From the NCBI GenBank assembly GCA_964035545.1, contig OZ037765.1, positions 16,244,995 to 16,308,994 of the forward strand: a DNA stretch of 64,000 nucleotides, written 5' to 3'. The position numbers and the translations under genes are program-made. Shown piece by piece: positions 12,476 through 29,300 of the stretch. The notes below the pieces were generated by a model. That model saw only the letters and a program-made list of their open reading frames with translations, had not been told where the DNA came from and made no database searches. This DNA comes from Bugula neritina (taxonomy: Eukaryota > Animalia > Bryozoa). How positions within the stretch are numbered: the first letter of the stretch is position 1; the number at the start of each line of letters is the position of its first letter.

Positions 12476-15400
12476 CTTTGTTGCACCTAAAAATATAAAC
12501 AAGTGTGTAAATAAAACAACTTCACACTTCCTAATAGCATGCGCTAGTTTAGGGAGTAGTAGACCATCAGTCATTAATTGCAACTTGCAGAAGTCTTGTA
12601 TTAGTTTTCTGAAACTTTAACATTGATAGGTGAATATTGAAGAGGAACAAATGTGCAAATCTTACTCTTTAATAATCACTAAAACAGCACAAAATAGCAG
12701 ATTTATGTTAATAATATGGAATGCATCTAATAAAATGTATTGCCAGCCTTAATGATTACCATTACTATAGAGAACACATACCAGCAATAATTTGGTGGCA
12801 TAGCATCAAGTGATATAGCAGACAAACACAAAAGCTCTAATGTATAAAAAACTTATTTTGCAGAAACTAGAAAGAAACCAGCAAACACGGTATTGCATGT
12901 AACTTAATATTGCTAATCATAGTATTTCATTATCATTTATTATGACAATTTAGTAGACATGAAGAAAAAATAGACAAAGACTTTTGCAATTACAAAAGAA
13001 TAGGAAAGAAGGCCCAATTTCTTAATGAGGTTTTATTGATTTTTGATGTGTAATTACGAGCAAATTAACATACACTGAGTTGGCAATTACTACATGAATA
13101 AAGAAGCTCACACTATTCTTTGCAACATAATAAAGAAAGAGCATAGATGGGAAAGGCTTAAATGCTTAGTGTACAGTAAGTACATGTTTGTTAGGCTACA
13201 AACCGTTCAAGTATTTGCCTACATCATTAGATAGTTGGACAAATACTTGATGTTGAGGCATTAACCTCAAATCTATGTGTAACTATGTTAGAGTTACAGA
13301 GGTTACTACCCCTCACTATTGCATACATGCTCTGCATGTTATAAACTTACGTCAATATAGAACATTTAAAACCGAAGCAATGATGACACTTTATACTTAT
13401 AGCTATAGGCTTCTACTGTATCCTATTTATTGTCAGCAAGTAGGCTAAATGACAAAATATAACAGTAGGCCCAACATTATTCACTAATCTAAGATGATCT
13501 AAAAGACAGACAATTGCTGTATTATTCAGCAACTGTTGCATGTAAATAAATACAACATATGGTGATCATGAAAAATAGTAGGAGTTTGCAAAAGGTCCAT
13601 GAGAATTAGAAACACCTACATAATGGACACAAATATAATATCAGCAGGTATTATAAAGAAGTTGAAATTGAGTATAATGTTTCTAATTTTTATGAAACTA
13701 ATGGACTTAGCCCCATAAGCCTAGGTTCAACTTTAGAAATTTATGGATTTTCAACCTGGAACCAAAATATTCAAGTTTAATTTTTATGTAAAAAACCTAT
13801 AATTGAATTATGTAGATACATCTTAGTATTGTATGCAATCCAGAGCATTAGTGCACAAGTGATAGATTTACAGTGTTGTCTTATTATATTTCCTGCTTTA
13901 CAAAATCTAAAGGTGAATTTTAGTTTAATTTGACTTATTTTACCTGTATGCTTGCAGCTATTCATTAAAGTTTATTTTATAGACCTTGGTAATACCTCCA
14001 ATAGAACTGTGTATACCTACAGCTGTACATCTGGCATACTTACAGCTGTATGTACACATACACTGCATATACTTGCATACTTGTTTTGCTACGCTATAAT
14101 GTAGTGGCAGGAACCACTTCGATTTTACACAATAATTACATAGCATGGCTATGCACAGGTAGCTAACCGTCTGTACTGATATGGCTTTATATGTTGCATA
14201 TCTTTAAGATCTCACCCTGCCTATAATTTTATTCTTCGCTACTGCAGCATATCCAGAACAGTAGCATTGTTAGTATTATTGTTAGTATTATAGGTAATGC
14301 CTCAATATGGTGTAATAAGTTAAAGAGAATAATTTTCAGTATTACTGTATCCACAGACAGAGTCTATTCTGCAGGTCAATAATTACCTAATCATAAACAC
14401 CGGTCATTGGCTATGAATATTCAATAGACTGCCAACATCTCCTGAACATCATTATAATTCATTTATTAGAACTGCACTAACTTGGTAGATTGTGAAAATA
14501 AAGAAATTTCTAGTTATTAAATAGCAACATCTCAAGCCCAAAGTAAATTATTTTTGAACAGTTGGGGGGGGGAGAGGGAGAACTGGTTGTGTTTACTCTT
14601 TAACACTATATGTCTTATGTAATAGTAACCATGTACACTGGGTTTATTTCTGGTGCAGTAGCAGCTACATCAGTGCCACAAATTCAACTGATCAAAATAC
14701 AGATGAGCCAAGCGAAGGAATAGTAATGACTCATAGTTATAATAGTTCAACTCGAGTGATTTGGTCAGCTGTCACAGTGTTTTCTTAGTAATCTAATTGT
14801 AGAAAGAAACCCTATAGGGTATTGTCATGACAGTAATAATATTTGCTACCACAAAGTTTCAAGTAAGGTAAATTATTTTCAATATGGTGTTTAGGTATAT
14901 CTACCTTAAACAAATGCAATTACTTTTTCAGTGTCATTATAACATAACCCATATAAGTTTATCTTAAGGAGAAACCTTACATAATTGGAGTCAATCTGCA
15001 TCACTTATTTCTGTTGCTGATAGATTCACTCACTAAACTGAGCTATGCAGCGCAACAAGCTCACTGCTCAGTAAGCCTATGCAAGGATGTATGTTTTACC
15101 TGGCTAAAAGAATAGATATGTGGGCTACAATAAGCTTCAAAATTGATTGATGCACAACTTGCTATTACTGCTCTACCTCACAACCAATTCATTGATTTTG
15201 AAGCTACGTTGGCTATGAAGCGACTTATTCAGCAGAATTTCAAAAGCCCGCCATGTTTACTTTGCTTACTAAAATTATCAGAAAAATGTTTCTTTAAAAA
15301 TAGCTCAACAAAAAAAGTAAATAATCACTAAGAAAACTAGCCTCAGTATAGACTTTCATAACTATTAAGTATAGCCATGCACATAATGAAGCTGCTTGCA

Positions 15401-18400
15401 ATAACTAGTACACAACGACAGCTGTGGGAAGGAAGACCTTGGCTTAGTAAATCCTTATGCAGTTGGATGACAAGATAGTTAATTATTTATGTGTTTTAGA
15501 TGTATGTTTCTATACAAGTTGGATGCAGGCCTATTAAAGCAAACTACTGTTACCAATGACAAAAATATAGCTGTAAACTACGAATCAGATATTTTGAAGC
15601 TGCTTATGCTTTGAGTTTAATAAGTTAGTTTCTAGCTAATTTATCCATTATATTATAGTCTAATTCCTGAATGATGATCACGTAATCAGAGTTGCTGCCT
15701 TTCATTTAAATGATTCTCCAATAGTTAGAAATAGTTAGAAATTGGAGGGTCAATTTCAGGTGGAGGTAGAAGTTTTTTCAGAAATCAACCCATTTTAGTG
15801 CAAATGGAAATAAGAAAGCTCTTGCTGTCTAGTTAAACAAACATTAGGGTGGTTTAGCCAGCTTGGTGTTTCATTTTTAAATACAAGCACACTTATAAGT
15901 TGTGTACACATTGTTACAAAGCAAACAAGAGTCTCTACTTTATAGTCGACCTACTTTAATAGAGACATGTCACAGTATAGTATGTAGTTGGAGATATCAT
16001 ACTTTTCACTGCCTGCTATGTTATTTGTACAACTGGTGGGCTAATATTATTATGGAGGCCACTTGAGACTTGCTATGACTAAAAATCAATATGCAGCATG
16101 CATAGACCATGGCAATGCAGCTAATGTGAAATCAGCAAATGAGTTTTACCTTCCATAGGTCTTGTATGCTATACAAATTCTAAGCCATGGTTATTGCAGC
16201 CAGCTATCTATTCTATAGACAATATGATATCTATTTTTATGCACTGCTTATTTTATTTTTTTGTTAAGCCAAAATGTCTTTCCTATTTGCTTTCAATGTA
16301 GGGTATCTGCTTAAATTAGGGTTTTGCCTAATTTGGTGAAAGTGACCCTTTTGTTCAACCATTTTAATTTCTTTTAAATGATTTTCAAAATTAGCATTCA
16401 GCAACATCCTTTTGCAACTAGACTAAGAAGTGCAAATCTAACATAAACAAGACTGACTAGTTTTACATCATTATGGCCATATTATTATTTGCTATATTGT
16501 GTAGTGCATGTTGAAGGTACATTAATAGCATAAAGGCCAGGAGCTTGCTACAAAAGTAAATACTTTAACACCATAGTAACCAAAGGAAATGGTCATGGCA
16601 GTTGTCTAGCACTACCAAATTTTTAAATGAGTCGCCTCACTCTCTTTTTAAACCTGGCAACCTACCAGCAGCGCAACGGTTTCAAAGGAACTGCTATGCA
16701 ATTGATATATGAATTATTCTCAAGCCAATACTTATCAGCAGTCAGGTGCAGAGAAATGCCAGCTCCATATTCACCCTTACTGCTCACGTTTCAATAAAGT
16801 CTTATCTCCTACCAAAGTCTATGTAATTTTAATACATGGCAGTGAAGCTGATGATAAGATAACAGCTTGTGTGACACCAGATACTATAGAACAGGAAAAA
16901 ACTTGCTAGTAGACTTTTAGGCAAAGTATGTTTTTCTAACTTGTAACTAAAGATGTAAGTTCAGTTGGTGAGCAACAGCAGTAGCAATGGTTCATGCTAT
17001 GTAACAACCACCTTTTTTTACTTGTCCAATGTACAAGCACAAGTAGAAGTCAACTAGGGGTAGAAAGTAGTGGATAAGTATAAGTACTGATTGACCTGTG
17101 GTATGTCATGCTACTAAAATAATATAAGAAATTGGTGGATGGTGGGGTTACTATAAGCTTCCATAAACAAAGTGCACAAGATATCTAATATAGGTCACCT
17201 ATAAATGCATTTCTGTAGAAGTGATTTATAGCCATACCTGTTCATTTCCCACAACCACCAAAAGTAATAATAGTAATTTATATTGATCCTATCTTTATTT
17301 ATGCCCTTTTATTGCATAATACCTACTATGAAATAATCACATGTGACAGTAATCAGCTGCCCTCCTTTAAAAGTAGCATTACACATCAAAGAAATACCAA
17401 AACCTTTGACTTTGAAGAAAGGGCTTAAGCTTTGTGTATGTATAAGCTACACATCCAATTGAAAATTATTAGACATTTTCAACACAACTTGAAGAAATTG
17501 ACAAATTATTCCTTTAAAGTCTAAATCATATCACTCCGTTAAATATCAAAGACTGATAAATTCACTCACCCACCTTCAAAAATATTTGCAGACTATCATT
17601 ATATCTGAAAATTCTAGTTAAAGTAATAGCTTAACCCTTTGTCTATGCATAACCAATGAAGACATTTGTGACATAAAATTAGCAGCTGATCTAAAAATGG
17701 CTGTCAAGTACAAAAGCCTCAACTGTACACAGCTATCACAAAATATTTATTTACCGTTTCTTAGAGTTTAAAAATGAAACCTACAATCACAGTAGGCTGC
17801 AATGGTGATAACCCAAACAGCTCTCACTGAAAAGTATTATATATCAATCATTGAATATGCCTTATATTTATTCAAATACTTATTTGATATTTCTAATTAG
17901 GTATTTAGTTATGATCGATGCATATGGATTGCCCATTTTTAAGGGATGGCGGTAATACCAAAAACATGTACCATTAGGCATTACAACATTGCTTTTACCA
18001 CTTCTGCTAGATTAAAACATCAAAATACGTAAGAAAAATCTATCTGAAATATATCCACTATATATAAACCTTGACAAGAAGAAGTAGTTAAGAACTTTAT
18101 ACATGTAGTAACATTTAACCCTATATGCATATTGATGTTCAACTCACTTTGTTACTAGTATAGCAGTCTTGTAGTAAACATATCCGTTGGTAGTAGATTC
18201 AGCTAATGCTAATAGTAATAGTAATAGGCAGTTCACTACTACATTAACAGTTCACAAGTATTTATTACCAAGCGTACTGCTTATATGGTAATAGGCTGAA
18301 TGAATTATCCTTACAGAAAGTTATTATAAAACATAATATATCGTAAGCATACCACTATTATTGAACGGTCAATCAATAGAATTTCTGTATTGTTCTTAAC

Positions 18401-20367
18401 ACACGCTTCCACATAGTTGAGAACTGCCAGTTCATTGGTTAATTCAAGTCTGCTTCAATGCCAGGGGAGCACAACTGAAAAGTAATAGCATATAAACACT
18501 GATAGGAGTATTATAGATTTGCACATAGCCAAACAACCAAAACAAACACAAACACAACATATAGAAAATAGCCCAGATTTGCTAACACTTTATGTTCAGA
18601 GTATCAGAAATCATGCAAAATTTGCTTGGGAAGAGAGAAAACAGTTTACTATACACTGCAACACTTGATGTGATGTATTGTTGAAATGCTTACACTTAAT
18701 TACTATTAAAGTAAGTACTATTGGTTTTAATGTGGTTTGAGTCTGTATAGTTTATAGTTTCATCGGTTAGCCTGGGATGAATATGATCATTTTTTGTAAG
18801 GGCTGTCTGTTGACCTCACCTCAGTTCCTGGTAGTATTATCTAGTTCACACTTCTATACTTTGGTCGCGGTGTTGTTAGAAGCTTTTGTAGTGGCATTTG
18901 CTATATTTTGTATAAAAAATGTTTAAACCATTATATTATTTCGCATATAAAACCATTTTTATGCTTATATAAATAATATGAGATAAAAGCTTCAAGTACA
19001 TATAAAAACTTAAATACACATCCATAGAAAATAAAAAATAAGCAGTTTGAAATTGTTTCTTTCTTGTTTGAATTGGCTGCATGTTGTTATATATAAAAGG
19101 ATCGTTTTGCAGAATTTTTCAAACTCTAAATTTTGTAACTGAAAGTAACTCTATAGATTTTATTATAAAAGTGAATAACTATTCATGAGTTATGAATACA
19201 TGTACATTTCAAGTTTTGATACCATTTGATGCAAATCTAATAAAATAAAATATGTATAATATAAAGAAGCATTAAAATCTGAAAACCCTTGTTATGCACC
19301 AAAACATACATAGTTTATAAGCTATAGCAATATTACTTACACAGTTGACACATGTTTTCCTCATTTTAAGATTCATCCTATTAATCAGCATATCTCTATC
19401 TGAGCGTTATCATGTAAAACTGAAGGCTTATAATTCATTCCATATAACATTATTATTACTCCATACTAGAAACACAGCTGTATAGCAGATTATAGAGCAT
19501 TATAGCTCACTGTTGTTGACAATTCTACCATAGTCCTGGTGGATGGTGTTCCTAAGTTTTATGCAAAGGATTTATATATTTTTTTTTAAACATCTTCAAT
19601 TTATAGTAACTAAATAAACTAATTTACTAAACTTATTTAACATATAATATAAAAATATTTAGTGCATAAAAAATAAAATCTAAATTGTAAAAGTGCTTGT
19701 AGAGATGGTCTATGAATACATTATGCAAAGTTAAATTGCAATACTTTTTGGCCATGCATTCCCGGTTTCTTTGCAGACAGAATCTTATGACCCAAAAATA
19801 GGAGTGAAAAAGCTAAGTTCTGTTATATGCACATTATATTATAATATTAGGCTTAGTAGTTTGTATAATATTATTACTTTATTACAATTGTCTTGCTACC
19901 TATAATGCTAAGTAGGCCTACTGCAAACAAACTGCTACTAAACAACACTAATAATGCTGAAGTATTAACATTTTAGCTGTTATACAATGTAGCCTCTCAT
20001 CTGTTGTTGCCAATAATCACAGTCTGCCTTTTGAAGAACCATGACTACATGGCCTACTATATTATATTGATTGGTACACACCATTACTCCGAATACTATT
20101 GTTATAGCAATAACATCGCTCTGCTATAATCAATACAAGCTGAAGTTTCCTGTCTACTATAGCTTCGATTGGCAAAGTGAATCAAATGAGTGAATGGTTG
20201 AGAGTTGTGTCTCTTAACCAATAATTATTGAACATAATTGATTTGCAAAAAAGTTTTGAGTAATATGTTTCTAAAAAATTTTTAAAGCAATAATTATTAA
20301 GTTTGGTTTTTTTGATGTGACAAAAAACATAAGCTTGCAGTTGAAATAGCTCACAAGAATATCCATC

Positions 20368-24891
<4,524 letters not shown>

Positions 24892-26393
24892 TCTCTTCCG
24901 GGTTTATATCAAGTTGATCATCACACCCTTTCTAATCTATACTGTTCATACCATGTTTGATTAATATAAAATATACTATATCTTGATCAACAGCTTGTTT
25001 ATTGATCTCTGCACATGTTACTTAAAAAAGATGATACAATTTTACTAAAGTAACAGTGCATGTGTTTGAACATATTCTGTTTAGCATTTAGAATAATGGT
25101 TTACAGCTATAATTTTTCATTTCTCATTAGGGTTATTGAAAACATGCAATGCAAGTTTTTAGAAAATCCTGGTGTGTTGCAGTCAGTTCAATAATCGCAT
25201 GTTGAACTTACTAGTGCTTTGAATTACCTGAAAAATCAAGTCACAGATAAAACTTGCAAGAATTATTTTACTGGTTGCTATAGAAAATGTCCGCATGTGG
25301 GTAAAAATTAAAAGGTTGGTTACAATTAAATCCCTAATGCTATTTCAACTTTTACATTGCACTGTAATTAATGCTCTATTAGTAAACTAAACTAATATGA
25401 AATTAGCTAGAGGTAACAGTAGTATTCCAAAATTAACTGCCAAGAACGATGAGTGAGCCTAGGAACCCAAAAAAATTGAATTCTACTTGAGAAAATAATA
25501 TTTACATAGTGTCTATCGGATATAAGTATAGATTTATTATCAATAGCATAATATATTAAACATAAGATTTCAGTCATGAATAAAATAAGCATTGTCTAGG
25601 CAAAATCTGATGGAACTAATTTCAAGGTTGGTCTACAATTTTTTTATCTCTTTTTTAATATTATATGTATCAAGATCACAAAAAGCACTACAGTCTATAG
25701 TAAATATTATTGAGTTTAGTTAATGTACTTCCAAGACATTCCAACTCTCTACTGTATACTGCTGTGACTGCTACACCTTTATATTATAGTGACTTTTGGT
25801 CAGTGTTGCATGCTTTCAAGGAAAATTACATGAAATTTTAGTAATGTGGCAATAGAGGTCACACAAATAAGATTTACTTCGATTGTTTATCCAGCATCTT
25901 AAAAATAGTACAATAATGATTTATAAGAGATGGAAATGTACAGTAATTGAACAAGCGTTTCATAGGACAGTTTTGAAAATATTTATTCAAGGTTTATTTT
26001 GTTAGCCTCAGTAAAAATATAAATAGGTTGAATCCTAAATGGTGGTTCTCAAAAAACCTCAATAAAAACTTGACTAAGTTATAAATTTTAAAACTCTGTA
26101 AACTATTTCTAACAATATAGAAATACTAGCTGCAAAAGAATATGAACCCTTTCTTGCAAGCAGTATAAATTATTCTATTGCCATGGAAGCTTGGCAAATC
26201 AAAATTTAGTGACTTTAGTTTTACACCTGTATCAGTGAAAAACCTATTCAAGACTTGCCATTTTTTAGAATCACTCAAAATTCAAACTAAAGCATTCATT
26301 TTTTCTTGATTTATCACTAATACCATCCATACTCAACAAAACAATTAAATAATATGTTGATGTACTTTTGGTATACAAGTCCAGCTAACATAA

Positions 26394-29300
26394 CTAGTTC
26401 TCTTCAGCAGGGTGCATTTCTAAACTGAACAGTCCAGAGAGAAGCGACATATTTCTAAACTTCTCAAGAGCTCGTTTGAAATCTTGAAGATTCATTTTAC
26501 GAAGAACCGGATTTTCTTCTCCCACCATTTCCCTAGAAACAGAGTACAATTATGATGCTATCCAACACCTGACAATATATCAGAGCAGCAGTCAAAATAT
26601 TAAATAATCTCAACTTAAATTCTTATTATTTTGAGCCCAAAATAAGTAAAGAATTAAAGAATTCCTGACACACTTTACTTATATAGCATGAAAATATTCA
26701 TCTATGTCTTAGCTATCATTTTAACACTCTTTTAGGGTTTCAGGTCTAAACAATTTTGTTTTATAACAGTTTTAGTGCATGCATGTCCAAAAAAACTTCG
26801 AGAATTTTTTTCGCCCTTCTGTGACGTATTACACCGCAGTTGCGAGAAATAGATGGAAACGCCGCCTGTAAGACATTCGGAAAATAAGTATAGGCTATAT
26901 TTTCCGTTGCATGTAACCTTAGTTTTAGCATTTTTAATTTATCGGACGTCTGTCTAGCCCCCCAATTAGTATTTTTTTGTGGAATTTAGGTTTTATTTCA
27001 TAAACAAATTTCGCGGCAATAAATACATAGCTACCAACTTACCGTGTCCGAGTCTGTGCAGTGTAATTGTGATAAAGATAAACCTAATACAGAAATAACA
27101 TAAATACGATATTAATATGAACATATCTGGCTCTGACGAAGAATACTTAGAGCACAGTGAGAATCGCAATGAGTATGACTATGACAATCACACTCACGCT
27201 GTCACTGAGATTTCTGAAGTAATGGGCTATCAGTTTGAGCCGTTTACGTATCAAGATGAAAATGGAGATGATAGTCATGACAAGGATTTTACTGTTACTG
27301 ATGAGCAACAGGTGATAATATTTATAATTTTACAGTATCAGTACGATTTAATTTTATAAACTATAGTGTTACTAATACCGTAATACTAATAGTAATACTA
27401 ATACTAATAGTAATACTTTAACTTTGAGTTATAAGTATAAGCTAGTATAAGTTATAAATTATTATAATTATAATATTTCATTTTCATTTTGTAATCGTAA
27501 TTCCAATGCTCAATGCCAATGCTCGTATTGATCCTGGCTTAATTAGTTAATATAGCTGAGTTTTGTGCTACTAAAGCTTTAGAGCAAGCATGATATCAAA
27601 TTACAAGCTAAATATTTGATGATTGCTATTGGTTTATATAATATTATTAATAATAAAGTGATAATCATTAAATTTAATGATTACAAATTCCAGTCAAGTA
27701 ATTAAATATTTGATCAATACTAATTTTGTTATTACTACTACCAATACAGGTATTAGTATTAATTATTTGTAGTTAGATTTACCTGATAATTTAAGTCAAG
27801 GGAAAGACTGTATTGTTATAAATGCATAATAATGATAATTATTATTCACTTTTATTGTAATTGTGGTTATACCGATCCTTAACAAAATAAGTTAATCACA
27901 TACATAATCATGTCAAACTTGCATTCACGATGATAGCATTTAGTATTTTATTTCTAAGCCCCCTATTTCTCTGAATTTCTGCTTTTATAGTATAACATAT
28001 AGTACTAACAACAATAAAATATTTTAAAATTTCTGAAAATTAGTTTATTTCATAGCAAAAATTATGAGTTTGTTTTAATATAAAAAATCTAATTAATTTT
28101 CAACTATAAATATAAAAATAGTTTGAACAGTAATGCAAACTTGGAATATTTTAAAACCCATGATTTTAAAGTATTTTCAAACTTCAGCCTCATTGGACTC
28201 AATTTTCAATACAAAGAAAAATACAGGAAACAAATTTAGACACAGTAATTAATGGACTTAATGTGGATGATACTGGTAATAACGTTTTTAGAAAAGCTTG
28301 TTTGTTTTGTAGAAAAATATAAGGCCAGCCACGGAGTGGTGCACTTGCCACCGCTGCCAAAATCAGCCTACAGTGGAACAGTCTGTTTGTTGCCGTGATC
28401 ATGCTGCAAACCTTCGATTAGATAGCAGCATGGAATGTATAACACAGCACCCGGGAGTACAGCAATTGACGCAACCAGCTGTATTAGAAGTTGCATACAG
28501 CAGCTACCTGAGATATCATGGTTAGTCAATTGCTACTGTAGATCAGTAACTGTCATTGTTAGTTTTTCTAGATAGTCTTACTTGATTATTTAGCCAATCA
28601 TTTATTTTGGTAGATGATTTGTTTGATGAGAAGGCCCATTCTCTCAACACTAAAAAAAGGTTCTGCAGCTACCGGTTTTTGGTGTTCTGGCTGTTTCCAG
28701 ATATTAAAAAGGGTGAGAGACGCCCTTTACCAGCTTGCTTATACGATTGGGTGCAAGCTACATTCCCCCCAACTGAAGATGAGGAAGAATTTGCTGAATG
28801 GATGTTCAGCAAATTCGTGTACAATGAAGATTTATGAACATTAACACTCTGGTGATTTTTAGTAGCAGTCAGTTGCTACTGCCTCTTGTAGTGTGTACAG
28901 CTTACTATGAGAATAAACCTCATTATTTGCAATCTCCCTGACCTTTGAAATTAATTTACCGTTGAGTTTGAGTTGCAATAATGGTGAATATACTTCAATA
29001 TGGTGACTATTTTTGCGCTGAACTTTTCAAGTGACTCTAAGATCATATTCTACAATATCTACATTTCAATGGAAACTGAGACTACAAGTAGATATATTGT
29101 CCAAATTTATTTTTGACACACCTTGAGGTGGAAAATTAAAAATATTATTTCCATTACACAAAAATATTTGGTTTTTTGTTGCATTAGAACATGCATTTTA
29201 AATAAAAATAAATATGGAGAAAAGCTATGAATTCAGTTTTTGAGCTAAGTGAACAATACTATTTCGCCATATTTCTATATACCAGCATTGAACAGCTTTG

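Noticed and set aside
12500-20300. Long region without a gene call
   Set aside because: Only short motif-less ORFs. Most likely 5' UTR intron or upstream regulatory DNA of the Ig gene; nothing specific can be supported.
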